DNA of 63,332 nt, counting the filler, from Chrysochromulina tobinii (Eukaryota), in NCBI GenBank assembly GCA_001275005.1. It is 4 parts of 4 records of this genome, joined end to end, with 100 filler letters (N's around TTAATTAATTAA, not from the genome) between each part and the next. Parts side by side here need not be neighbours in the genome. Positions count along the whole stretch, not along the records: positions 18,111 to 39,373 come from JWZX01001252.1; 3 more parts are not named here. One strand, 5' to 3'. This document shows positions 21,809 through 33,597 of this stretch, in pieces. Both the position numbers and the translations under genes were made by a program. Every line of letters starts with the position of its first letter. Within the stretch, counting starts at the first letter, position 1. The notes beneath the pieces are model-generated. The model made no database searches, was not told where the DNA came from, and saw only the letters and a list, made by a program, of their open reading frames with translations.

Positions 21809-24287
21809 ATGGACCTCGTCATCCATGCGGGCACGCTGAGCGTGCGCGACCCATCGAAGGACCACTTTGTTGAACGGTTCGCGCCACTCCCTAGACGTCG
21901 CCGGCCTGCCGCCGCCAGAATCACCACGCGCGCGTGCGTTATCAGCCGCCGAGCCACGCATGCTCCACGCCGAACTCATGCCGCAAATTGATGTACCCAT
22001 GCGCGCAGGTTCTTTGTGCTGCGGCCGACCGAGCTCGAGTGTCACCTTCCGGACGGGCAAGATGCCATGCCGCTCGACGTGATGCCACTCGCGACCACGT
22101 GGGTAAGCGGCAATCTGCATAAGGGATCCGAGCAGGCCATCTTCACCATCGAGTGCGTTGGCGAGCAGAAGAAGTGGGTGCTCGCCGCCAAGTCGGTCAC
22201 GCTCGCGAGGCAGTGGATCGACGCGCTCGAGAGCATCGGTGTGGGCCGGGACGACTCGAAAGCGCTCGCGCCCGCCGCTCTCTCACGTGCGCACACACAG
22301 CCGTTACATCTCCCGAGCGCCGCCACCACGTCTAGCGTGAAGCCGCCGCCCGAGTCGGTGCCCGCTCCTGTCAAGGTGCCTTCGCTCGGGGTGAAGATCA
22401 ACATCGCAGCGCTGACGTCATCCTCGCACGGCTCGCGTCACGAGACGACGCCGCGCCCGCTCTCGGCGCGCACGCCACGTGGAGTGACCACCTCTCGGAG
22501 CGCCCTGACGTGGCGAGGCCCGACGCCGTCTCACCTCGCATGCCTGTGGGGTCGCATCTTCATCCACTCGCTCTGCGGCACCGTCGGCCCGTGCATGTAT
22601 GAGCTCTTCGAGCTCATCGGGCACCCGTACTCCAAGCCCGCCGCCACGCTGTACGTGCTCCAGGCGTGGCTCTGCAGCGCCGTGCTCGAAGCCTGCGGCG
22701 GAGTGCGCCGCCGGTGCGTCGAGACGGCGCAAGCGATCGAGGCGTGCTTGGGATCGTGCTGGGCGTCGCGCGGCACATGGTGCGCGTGTCAGTGCATGTG
22801 CGCGGGCTGCCAGTGCATGTGGCGCTGGGCGTCGCCGCTGCAGCGCGACACGTGCACCAGCCCGATGAAGGAGGGATCGACTTCCAAATTAGGATCGACT
22901 TCCAAAGTAGGGAACCACGCGCACGCGGGGGCGAGCGCCGCCGTCGCCGCCTCCGCCACCACCACGAGCCTGTGCAGCGACAGCGACACGGCGGCGACGG
23001 AGAGCGGGAGCGCCCCTGGGGCAACGGTCACGAGGATGGCCACGTTCACGGCCGTTGCGCCCACGTTCACGGCCGTTGCGCCCACGTTCACGGCCGATAC
23101 GCCCACGGCCACTCCCAAGGCCAAACCGACCCTCGACGCGCAAAAGGTCACACGTCTGGACACTTTCAATGCGGACCGTTTCGGTTCAACGCCGTCACTG
23201 TTCACGCCCGGCGGACTGTTCACACCCGGCGGGAGCCCGACGGTGCCGACGCACCCGCATGCGTCGGCACGGCGCTCGCGCTCCTTCAACAGCTCGAACA
23301 TCTCCTTCTCCAAATGGCTCGTGGCCGAAGAGGGTGGCGACGAGGGTGGCGACGAGGGTGGGTCTGACGAACTTGACAAACTTGACGAAGCGCTCGAGCC
23401 GCTCGCGCCCCAGCTAGGCGAGCTCACGAAGATCGCGCCGCTACAGCGCCTGCTGCAGGCGCGCGACGAGGCCGCGCTCGCCGCCGCCGCATCCGCCGCG
23501 TCCAAGGACGACTCGCCGTACACCTGTGCGATGCTCAACGAGATTGAGGTGGAGCCCCATGAATGGCGCCGATGGGATGACCTCTGATGACCGCTGATGA
23601 CCGTTGATGACCGCTGATTGCCTCCCTCATCAGGCGGAGCTCCATGAATGGCGCCGGCGCGACGCGCACGAGTTCGTGCTCGCGACGTCGCTCGGGATCG
23701 CCTTCTTCTTGGATGCGTCGTATGCGATCGGCCTCTTGTGCGTGCAGACCGCCTCGTTCAACCCAAAGGCGGTCATCATCTTCCTGCAGGCCTTCTTCGG
23801 CGCGTACTTGGCCTACTTTCTCGCGTACTCTCTCTTCGTCGCCGCTCGTTGGCTGCCCCCTGCCGCGCAGTGCTATTGCTGCTCGGCGATCCCCTCGGCG
23901 ATCTTCCGGCTGCTCGCGCTGCTCGCGTGCCTCCTCTGCGCCGCCAGTGCCGTTTGCGAGCTGCTGCCCGTGATCGCGACGGCGCCGTGGCGGGCGCAGC
24001 CGGCTGAGGAGGGCGAATCGGCCGAGGGCGCCGTGCTGGGCGAGGGCGCCGTGATGGGCGAAGGCGCCGTGATGGGCGAGGGCGCCGTGACGCTCACCGA
24101 CCTGCTGAGCAGCGCCGGTCTGCTCGCGTTCTGGGGCATCGAGCTGCTGTGCTACCTAGCGGCTGCCGCGGCCGTCACGCGTCGTCTCGGGCTCCAGGCC
24201 TTCGAGGACAACCGGCCGTGGTTCTCTTTTGGTCCTGGATACCCGTCGAGGCGCTCGCATCATTGGAACCGCGCTGACCTCATGTGA
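21809..24287 (+). CDS. PH-domain membrane protein (3 exons)
   Basis: ATG 21809; introns 21877-22008 and 23549-23633 keep the frame. PH signature HAGTLSV...RFFVLR...WVLAAKS...ARQWIDAL; multi-TM C-terminus. Confidence 0.7.
23549..23633 (+). other. Duplication-plus-microsatellite intron (type example)
   Basis: Starts GTGGAGCCCCATGAATGGCGCCG, a 21/23 match to the next exon start GCGGAGCTCCATGAATGGCGCCG. Filler (CTGATGACCG)n; ends TGATTGCCTCCCTCATCAG. Removal joins NEIE|AELHEW in frame. Confidence 0.85.
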
Positions 24288-24650
24288 GCGAGTGCGGCGC
24301 ATTCTCCATTCAGTTCCCAAACCAACGCGACGCCGACGGGCGGCGTGTTCTAGGGACTACGATTAGGGAGGGACCCTTAAAACCGTCAAACATGAAAACA
24401 CGAAATTTAAGAAGACCAAAACACTGTCCGAGTCACTGTGAATTCCCTTGAAGTTGATTAATCTCCGTCTCTTGCGTTCCGCCTGAGGCCGCGCGTGTGG
24501 CCGAGTTGTTGTACAGACTGACCACGACCTCTGAGTGACTCGACCTCTGTGTGGTCGAGTGGGTCGTCTTTCTGTTCTTTCACACTCTTTTCGTCATGTT
24601 TCGTTCGTCTCGTCATCATGCAATGAGAAGTTTTTGTCCTTGTCGGGAAT

Positions 24651-26541
24651 ATGTCGGAAGCTGCAGGGGACGTCGACCCGGATGCCGTCACATCGCGGTC
24701 GTGGTGCATCGAGAATCCCGACCTTGTATTTCTCATCGTGGCCCACGCTGAGTTCCAAAGCCTCGCCACAATCGCTCGCATCTGCAAGAGTTGGAGGGCT
24801 GCAGCGCTCCGCACAGACCTACCTCACTGGAGCGAGTGCGACGAATCGCGCTTCCTTGCACTGCAGAGGAGCAACCTCCGTCGCTATTCCAGCGAGGCGC
24901 TAATTCGTGTGCTGCGCTCGAAGCCACGGATCAGTGCACTCGACCTCACGAACCTGAGCGCCAGCGATGGCAGCAGCCTGCTTCGGATGAGTGCCATGCT
25001 GCCAGCGACGCTGCACACGCTCGCTGTGCGACCGCCGGAGGGGCGAGGGCGCGTGCGCATTGAGCATCCCGACGCTTTCCTCGATGCGCTGCTTGCCTGC
25101 ATCGAGGAGCTGCCACTGCTGCGCTCACTCGACCTGACGGGCATTCTCACCGAGCGCTCGCTCGCGGGGCTCCGCTTGCAGCAGCGCCGGCGTGCGAAGA
25201 CGGCCGCCATGCGCGATGACGATCTCACCCAGGGATCGCCGAATGTGGCGAGGCTCAGCTTCGCGCGCGCACTGCCGCGCCTCGAGGTGCTCGCCCTCGG
25301 ATTCCATTGCTTTAGCGCGATCGGCCGGCGGGAGGGGCTGGAGTACGCGCTCCCCCCACCGAACTCGCCCCCTGCTCCAGACGTTCACACCACCCACCGG
25401 ACTCGCTCCCCCTGCCCGGACGCTCACGCTCCGAACGCCCTGTGCACCGTGCCAAACGTGCCAACGACGCCCGAAGTTGATGACAGTGCTGCTCGATGCT
25501 CGTGCGTGGGCGTGTGCCCGTGCTTCGTCATGTTTCGTCAGGTACCTCCTCGAGCAGCAGCGGCTGGCGCCGCGACTGTGCCGTATCGGCTGTCTTGTCG
25601 ACGCACCGCGCTGCGCGCCTCTGGATGTCAAATGCCGCATGTGCGGCGAGGTGCTTTACCGTCGGCTCGAAGAGTACATAGTGCATCCGCCACAGCAGCC
25701 ACACATCTCGTGTACGCGCGCCTGATTGCGCCTGATTGCAGCGCATCTCGTGTACGCGCGCCTGATTGCGCCTGATTGCAGCGCATCTCGTGTACGCGCG
25801 CCTGATTGCGCCTGATTGCAGCCGCGCATCTCAGCTACGTCTCATTGGCATGCGCACACCAGTGTGCCCCGGCTCGCGCGCCATGTCTCTTCCTCTCGTT
25901 AATCTGCCTTTAATCTGCCTTTAATCTCCTTAATCTGCCCTTAATCTCCTTAATCTGCCCCTAATCTCCTTAATCTCCTTAATCTGTCCTTAATCTGCCC
26001 TCTTCCTCTCCTTAATCTGCCCTCTTCCTCTCCTTCATCTGCCCTCTTCCTCTCCTTAATCTGCCCTCTTCCTCTCCTTAATCTGCCCGTACCGATGCCG
26101 CTAAGAGTCATGCGCGCTCAACTCTCTTTTGCAGACGAGCTGCATACGAACGTGCCGCCGCGCAGCATGCATCTGGTCGACGGGGATCCCACAAGGCGTC
26201 AGTGTACACGCCAGTGCCACGGCCAGCTGTGGCTGGTCGACGGCGGGAGCGGTTTTGTCCACCACGTGGCAGGCAAGGCGTGGGCGATCGCGTGTGGTCC
26301 CGCGTCGTCACGCGGTGTTCAAGTGTTCCCTGGGTTGTGCATTGCGGTACCAGCGGCGCCCGACGCGGCGCCCGTCGCGGCGCCCGACGGTGCAGAGGAA
26401 GACGAGCACGAGGGCGAGGGCGAGGGCGAGGGCGAGGCGCACGGGCTGCCGCGCGAAGGACGTACCCCTGGACGCACCCCCATTGAGGAGCTCACCGAGG
26501 ACCACTTCCCCCTCTTCGCAATCAGCGGCGCAGGACAGTGA
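24651..26541 (+). CDS. F-box-like/LRR protein with C-terminal Cys-rich (Zn-binding-like) domain, 3 exons
   Basis: PDLVFLIV...LATIARICKSWRAA (F-box-like), LRSLDLTG and LEVLALG repeats. Introns ~25343-25541 and ~25712-26134 give CRMC...CTRQC. Confidence 0.6.
25704..26088 (+). repeat. Intronic arrays: 40-nt unit x3 (includes the exon end and donor), then pyrimidine-rich (TTAATCTGCCC/TTAATCTCC)n
   Basis: 40-nt period at 25704, 25744, 25784; TTAATCT-based units at 25899-26088. Confidence 0.85.
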
Positions 26542-26796
26542 CCTCTGCCGACAACGCGCAACGACAAGGCCCACAAGCATGTCTCTGACAGAGTGTTTGT
26601 AATTACCACGCCAGCACCCAACGTGCAACGTCTCTTCAGAGTTCACCGAGTGATCGACCAAAACCGGTAAGACCGAGGAATGGTGGGTTGCCCACGGTGT
26701 CCCGGTGTAAGACGACCCATACAGTTTCACGAGCGTCAGAGTCAGACCTCTGAATGAGCAAAAAATCAAGCCATTAAAATATAAATAATAACAGTG

Positions 26797-29700
26797 TCAT
26801 AGATCGATCTCCAATGTGTCCAGTTCTACGGGTGTCCTCTCAATTCGAGGTAGATCCTTCGAGGCGAGGGATGGGAGCCCGAGGGTGTTCGGGAGCAGGG
26901 TGCCATGGGGGGGGGAGGTGACATCTGTCTCGCCTTGCGCTTTCTGTGCATGCAAGGTCATGGCATCTTCGGCTGCTGAGAGGTGCTCCTCGAGCAGCTT
27001 CTTAGCGGTGGCCGACTGCTCCAACCATTCGACAAACTGCCTCGTGGCTTCATCCAGATCGGTGAGCATGCCTCCCACATCCTCGAGTGCGTCTCTGCCC
27101 GCCTTGCGGCCCGCCTCGACGTCGGCCGTTGCGGAGATGGGGGGGATCGCGCCCAGCGGTGGCGGGAAGACGCGTTTCCAATTCGTGGGGTGAGCGGCAG
27201 CTTCCTCGTGCAGCAACGCCATCAGCACAGGTATGACCAGCGCCACGTCGTGCTCGTCGTACCCCCGCCCCTGGGTGAATGCATGCACGAGGGCCCGCGC
27301 GCGCGAAGTGTACAAAGGGCGCTTAGGCCAGCCGTCCGCGCCCACCAGACGCATGAGGTCGACTGTGTCGGCTTGGGCTGTGAAGAGTTCATCATCACCA
27401 ACCATGAAGCCGTTGGTGTTCACCTGGAGGATGTTGGAAGGAGAAAGAGGCCATCCGTGGCCATCGGAAGGACATCAGAGGCCATCAGAGAGCAACTAGC
27501 TACAACTAGCGGCCATTGGTAGCCACCAGAGGCCATCAGAGGCCATCAGAGGCCATCACAGGCCATCACAGGCCATCACAGGCCATCACAGGCCATCACA
27601 GGCCATCACAGGCCATCACAGGCCATCAGCTGAGGATGCGCACCTCTTCGAGGAAGGCAGCTCCCGAGTCGTCCACGATGAAGTCTGGCGAGAGCATTAG
27701 GACGCGCCGATACGACGCGCCGCTCGCCTGCAGCCGCCGATGGAGTGCAAGTGGCTCGACGTTGCGCGCAAGAAGGACCGCCGCGACGAGCGCCTTCGCC
27801 ACTTGCGGCATCACCTGAGCCATCGATAAGCCATCGGGAGCCGTCAGAGGCAATCAGAGGCGATCAGGGCAAGTTCGCCTTTGCCAGTTGCGGCGTTGCC
27901 TGACGTCCCCAGAGGCTCGAGTCGTGCGCGACATGATTGCATTCAGCTGATGAGGGAAGCAATCACGTCCATGCATCACCTGTCGTTCCCACAAGCTCGA
28001 GTCGTGCGCGACGTCGCCGCGCCCGCGGAAGGCTGGGCCGAAGCGCAGCCCGCGCTGAAAGAGTGGAGAGGCCGTATGCGGAGGATATGGCGCCACGAGC
28101 TGTTCCTTGTCGCACCCTTCACCGAGGGGCATGCGCACGTGCATGCACGCACCTGATGAGAGGGGAGCAATCGTAAGCAATCAGTGGTCCACAGAGGCCA
28201 TTTTGGAGGCAATTAGAGCTCTCATCAGAGGCCCTCGGAGGCCCTCATTCCACGAGTACTCTTCACTTGCGAGCACATTGCGAGCACGCACATTTGGGCG
28301 ACGAGAGGCAATGCCGACCGACCACGTCAGTATCGGTCGAGTACTTCACTGTCGAGATCTTGGGAAAGGCGCGATCGAGCATGTAGAGGCGCAGCGGGTC
28401 GACGGAGGTGATGACCGCCCACACACGCATGTCAAATTTGCGTCCACGATAGAGGAGCGGGTGCTTGACGTATGCCTGCAGATCGAAAGGTGGTCATCAG
28501 TGGTCATCAGTAGCTATCAGTGGTCATCAGTGGTCATCGGTCATCAGTGGTCCTCAGTGCTTGACGTATGCCTGCAGCGTCCATGATCCGTCGAGGGGCA
28601 GCGAGCGAGAAAGCCATGCATGCATCGCCGCGTCCGAGCCGAGGTCGGCCTCGCCGAGGAGCACGAGTGATATGCCCACCTGCAAAGTTAGGGAGTGCAT
28701 CAGAGGCCATCCGAGGCCATCCGAGGCCATCCTAGGGAGAAGCGCACCTGGTTGAAGGACTGCTGAGGCTTGAGGATCCACATCTGGTGCGGCAGCTCGT
28801 TGCGGTCGCCGCCTTGGCTGCGTGCAAGCTCGAGCGCGTGTGCGCGCAGCGCAGACACGGGCCCATCAACGAGACCCTCGCCCCGGCGTACCTGATGAGG
28901 GAGGCAATCAGACGTCATCAGAGTGAGGAGGGAGGCAATCAGACGTCATCAGAGACCCTCGCCCCGGCGTACGTAATTGAAGCCGCGCTTGGTCCAGTCG
29001 CAATATGGTATGCCATCGGACCATGGGGATGGTATGAAGGAGGAGGAGGAGGAGGAGGAGGACAAGGAGGGCGAGGGCGAGGACGAGGACGAGGGCGAGG
29101 AAGAGGGCGAGGATGAGGCTCGCAAGGAGGCGCGCCGCAGCGGCTGCTCAGTGCCTTTCACAGTGCCTTTCACACCGCGCGTGCGGTTGTTCTTGGAGCC
29201 CTCGGCCCCGTCGCGCTGCGCCAGGCAGCTGTCATGCAGGCGTGCAAAGGCAAACTTGTCGCCAAAGGACGAGCGGAACCCGGGGATCGAGTTGACGAGG
29301 GCATGCTCTGCGATGGCGCCGTTGGCAAACTGTTCGGGCTTGAGCCACTGCTCGCCCCAGTACACGTCCCAGTGCGCGCTGTGCGTCTCGCACAGGCCAA
29401 GCGCGCGCAACGCGGCGGAGACGGATCCACGATAGTCGTGCCGGGATCCAACGGCGAATCGGCGGCAGCGGTGGCGCCACGAACTGCTGTGCGTCGTATG
29501 AGCGCCGTGATGAGCGTCGGTTCTCGAGCCGCCGCTCGCCTTGTAGGACTGCTGGCTCACATTGAGGCCGAGGCGCTGAGCTCGCCGATGCACATCGGCC
29601 CATAAGGCGCCAAACGCTCGGCGCGCCTGCAGAGCAGTCCACTCGTTCGTCGTGGGCAACTTCGCCTCGGGGGGCGTAGCGGGGGGGGGCTCCAGCTGCG

Positions 29701-30175
29701 AAAGCGATGGAGGTGTGCTCTTTGCCACCGTGGCTGTGCGTACGATTGCCGGGTCGCTTTGGATCATGATGGCACCACTTGCTGGCAGCTCCTGCGCTGA
29801 TCCTCGTGCGTCTGGTGCTACGGCGGCCGCTGATATGTTGAATCGTGCCTGGCGAATGCGAACCTTGCTCGCGGCAGCCTCGATCGCTGCTCGGCTCGCG
29901 TTCAGCCGACTCGATCGACGGAGCGCTGCACGTTTGGCGTACTGCATGGATGCTCGACGCAGTGCTGTTGCCGCGGCGTCCTCGGAGCTGGGAGAGCTGG
30001 TTGGAGTTCCGCTCCTCTCACTCTTCCGCGCAGCAGCTACTGGCACGTCTGCTTGCATGGACTCATGCGAAAGTAGCCAACTAGCCAAGTACAGCTGAAC
30101 CATCAAACTCACTGCTGCCAGGACGAGCAAGGGTTGCCCGCGCATGGAACCCATTCGCCCTGCAACCCACACCAT
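26797..30175 (-). CDS. Tubulin-tyrosine-ligase (TTL/TTLL) family ATP-grasp protein with N-terminal membrane anchor, 7 exons
   Basis: Spliced motifs WDVYW, LVNSIPG, WILKP, LQAYVKHPLL, RKFDMRVW, SPDFIVD, LEEVN. Introns 28972-28892, 28747-28680, 28571-28476 (GC-AG), 28291-28153, 27979-27815, 27643-27424. Confidence 0.85.
28892..28972 (-). other. Duplication-plus-microsatellite intron with perfect 21-nt duplication
   Basis: GAGACCCTCGCCCCGGCGTAC at 28871-28891 (exon) and 28952-28972 (intron start); acceptor TGATTGCCTCCCTCATCAG. Confidence 0.9.
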
Positions 30176-30630
30176 CTTCGTAAGCCCTCACACGCACCAG
30201 GTTGTCGCCCCTCACCAGGTTGTGCGTTTCAATGCATGCTATGGATAGGAACTAATCCGCGAAAACGTTTTGAGAAAATGTGGTCTTTCAAAAGGTCACC
30301 TCTGAACGATCAGGTGCGAAAAGGTCCGGAAGGGGTAGGGGGAGGAACCGGGAGCGGGAGGTATTCCTTCTGGCGATCTGGATCGTCAGACGTCACACCG
30401 CACACTTGATCGAGTATCCGGACCACCTGATTTTGAACTGAGTGACATTTGAGCGCGCACCGGCCAGCCACTACAACACGACACGAAACACACACGGTCG
30501 CTACGGTCGCGTCGCGCGTTCGACTAACCTCCCGGCGGTCTACACGGTCGGGACCCCCCAACCCCAACCCGTGTGCGTTGCGAAATGGTCAGCTGCAGCG
30601 CAGGACATGCGTATCGCTGACTGAACATGT

Positions 30631-31458
30631 TTAAGAGGTCGGCTTGAACATGCGCCGACCGGTGCCGAAGCCTGTTGCAGCCATGCGTCGGAAGGACGTC
30701 ATGACTCTCATCTCTTTGACGAGTGGGTCCAGCCATTCGGGCTTGGCCCCCAACTTGATGGCTTCCTCACGCAGCGTGGGTACCTTGTGGAGTATCAGTC
30801 GCAGCGTCGCCACACCGACCTCCTGCGCCGCGGGGATGGCGTGGTGTGCGTTCATCGCACCGATCACCGCTTTGAGCGCCCCTGCATCGGCCGCACTCTG
30901 CCGCCGATGGATGGCCATATCATCTTCTCCGTCGCAGCAGTTCTGGAGTGCCATGCATCCCATCTCCTGAACCTCCGCGTTGCTGACCATCATTATCATC
31001 GCATTCGAGACCGCCACAAGTACGCCCGACGATACGGACGTGTTGCGGTGATCATGTTCCTCTGAGCACAGGTTGACAATGGCAGCGAGGCCCTGCAGCT
31101 GCACGTTCGTATCAACTGGAAGCACCTTCATCGCCCCCACGACTGCCGCTGATGCCCCTTGCTTGTCGCACTCGTGGCACTGCTCGGCATCACGGCAGAG
31201 GACTCGCACGCGCCTACAGCAAACCTCCACAACCGTGTGATTGAGAGGCCTGGCCTGCACTGCCGCGTTCAGCATCTTCACCGCTTCTGCCGGCCCCATC
31301 TTGTCTATTTCAAGACACATCTTGTGTGCTTCAGCGACGGGGTCAGATACTGCTCCCGCGCCGATAGTCGTTTCTTGCGAAGAGCTGGGATGTGCTTCGC
31401 CGCCGTCGATGGGCGCCCCCGCCGGCGCATCACTCACTGCGCTCTGCTCCGCACCCAT
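30631..31458 (-). CDS. Armadillo-repeat protein, possible N-myristoylation (MGAEQS)
   Basis: Repeats of GA..AV+.AM......VQ..G..AL.N; ATG at 31458. Confidence 0.8.
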   Translation of the reverse strand: MGAEQSAVSDAPAGAPIDGGEAHPSSSQETTIGAGAVSDPVAEAHKMCLEIDKMGPAEAVKMLNAAVQARPLNHTVVEVCCRRVRVLCRDAEQCHECDKQGASAAVVGAMKVLPVDTNVQLQGLAAIVNLCSEEHDHRNTSVSSGVLVAVSNAMIMMVSNAEVQEMGCMALQNCCDGEDDMAIHRRQSAADAGALKAVIGAMNAHHAIPAAQEVGVATLRLILHKVPTLREEAIKLGAKPEWLDPLVKEMRVMTSFRRMAATGFGTGRRMFKPTS

Positions 31459-31903
31459 CTTGTGAGAGGCCCAATTGTGAGGGGGTGTCAAAACAGATCG
31501 GAAGTTAAAATTGGAATCCATTAAGAACTATTTGGGGGATGCGTGCCTGTTGTGCACTCCGTTTCGTCGGACATGGGATTCGCCGTCGGCCGAGCAAGTT
31601 CTAAGCATCGGGTGGTGCATCTGGTGCAAGACTTCGCGACGTTCGCAGGTGGGCAGGCACGACCTTTTCATGCATGTACCCGGTATCCACGCTGTGAGTT
31701 GGCGCCTAGGCGAACGTTCCGCAAGCTCCGACTTTCACAGCCGTTTCGCACAGAGAAGCGAAGTTCGTGAGGAGCGGTGCGGGAATAAAAAATTTACCGA
31801 ACCTTCGGAGGCGCCGACGGTGCTCGCAAAACCAGGGGCACGGAGATCGGCACGGAGTTGCAACAAGTTGCAGCCGCAGGTCAGAGTGGCTCAGTGGGCT
31901 CTG

Positions 31904-32890
31904 ATGCCCGCGCCGCTCAACATCGCAGGCAAGCTGCGCACGCTTTGCATCGGTACGTGGGCGTGGTCGCCGTCCCCCACGTGGGGTAAAGAACCAGGAA
32001 CAAATACCGACGAGGCGACCAATCATGAGGCGTTCAAGGCTGCCATCGATGCAGGCATAACCTTCTTCGACACTGCGGAACATTACGGCGAGTCAGAAGA
32101 GCGTATTGGGCGCTACCTCAGCGCGCTCTCCGCAGAAGAGCGCTCCAAAGTGGCCATCGCGTCCAAGTTCCTTCCATTGCCGTATCACATCAGCTCGTCC
32201 AATGTCGTGTCTCATCTGAAGGCGTCACTGGCGAAAATGGGCCTCGAAAGACTTGACTTGTATCAGATCCATGGACCTTCCGTATCGATTCGCTCCGTCG
32301 AGACATGGGCGCACGGCCTGGCCGACGCACTCGACCAGGGGCTCTGCGCACAGGTCGGCGTGTCCAACTACAATTCAGATCAGGTCGCACGCACGGTGAA
32401 GGTTCTCAAAGATAGAGGGCATCGTCTCGCTTCTAACCAGATCGAGTTCTCCCTGTTGAAGCGTCGACCGGAGACTTCGGGTCTGCTCCAGAAGTGTGCC
32501 GACATGGGCGTGGCGGTGATGGCCTACTCGCCCTTGGCTATGGGGCGGCTCACGGGTAAGTCGTTTAAGGGGGCGGAAACCAAGGAGAGAGTCTTTGCGA
32601 GCGGCGGCTACTCGTCAGAGCAGTACGATGCGCTCATTGGCAAGCTGCGGCAGGTGGGCGAGGCGCACGGCGGCGCGACGCCAGCGCAGATTGCGCTCGC
32701 GTGGACGATCGCCAAAGGTACCGTGCCCATCGCTGGCGCCAAGACGGCCAAGCAGGCGCGCGAGAACGCGGCGGCGGCGACGATCATTCTGAGTGGCGAC
32801 GAGGTGGCGGCTCTCGATGCACTCTCGGTCGACGGCCAGCGCAGCGGCCTCGTACCGGGCTGGCAGACGAGCAAGTTGGACGAGCTTTAG
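31904..32890 (+). CDS. Aldo-keto reductase (pyridoxal-reductase-like)
   Basis: IGTWAW, GITFFDTAEHYG, IASKF, LDLYQIH, VGVSNY, NQIEFSLL, AYSPLAMG, AQIALAW, PIAGAK. Confidence 0.93.
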   Translation: MPAPLNIAGKLRTLCIGTWAWSPSPTWGKEPGTNTDEATNHEAFKAAIDAGITFFDTAEHYGESEERIGRYLSALSAEERSKVAIASKFLPLPYHISSSNVVSHLKASLAKMGLERLDLYQIHGPSVSIRSVETWAHGLADALDQGLCAQVGVSNYNSDQVARTVKVLKDRGHRLASNQIEFSLLKRRPETSGLLQKCADMGVAVMAYSPLAMGRLTGKSFKGAETKERVFASGGYSSEQYDALIGKLRQVGEAHGGATPAQIALAWTIAKGTVPIAGAKTAKQARENAAAATIILSGDEVAALDALSVDGQRSGLVPGWQTSKLDEL

Positions 32891-33597
32891 ATTTGACGCG
32901 CGAGAGGCGAAAGCCGTACGTGCTACTGTATCTGTAGGCCGTGCGAACCCGCATATGAGGCGGCTGCGTGCTGCGTCGCGGCCGCCAGCGTTCATGCGAC
33001 GTGAGCGGCGTGTGTGACATCGGGTGGCAGACGGGGCGTCGGGACGTGTACTCGTGGTAGGACCCGCGGCACCCGCGGCATCTGTGGTGCTGGCGCAGCG
33101 TGTTCGTCACTGCGCGTCCAGCGTGCGCGTCTCGTCACGGCGCGCGACCAGATCAGCGACCAGAGTGCGCGCAGCCGGGGAAAAGGTTTGTCAAGTAAGG
33201 TTCGTCGTTCCAACAGTGTGGCCCGAGGTTTCGTCAATTGGGTTTCGTCACTTAAATACAGAACCGTGCACGGTAAGAAGAACACCCGGGGGTGCCGGGA
33301 CACACAGGAACCAAGCTTGGTACTACGTGTATAAACCGCAGTGAAACTGTCAGTGTGAACGTTTCCTCCGCTATCTTTGTACATTGAGTACGTTGGTAGT
33401 AGGAACCTTGAAAGTCAAAATGACTGTTCTCTCTTGAATTTGCTGACCAATTTTCTCACCTCGTAAGAGACTGGAAAGCCCAGCGAGCCTCTGCGAGGGA
33501 ATTGCGAGAGTCGAAACAGCGTCCCGTCGTTTCAAATTCATGAAAGAAGTAACCACACCCACGAGGGACCCCCACACAAGCCACCTGTCAACTTCTC

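Noticed and set aside
23584..23633. TGATGA/CTGA in fillers as box C/D snoRNAs
   Set aside because: The motifs are part of the tandem unit; no guide region or proper C...D spacing is seen.
31511..31903. 131-aa N-terminal extension of the aldo-keto reductase ORF
   Set aside because: Begins at TTG and spans the divergent ARM/AKR promoter region; family similarity starts at ATG 31904.
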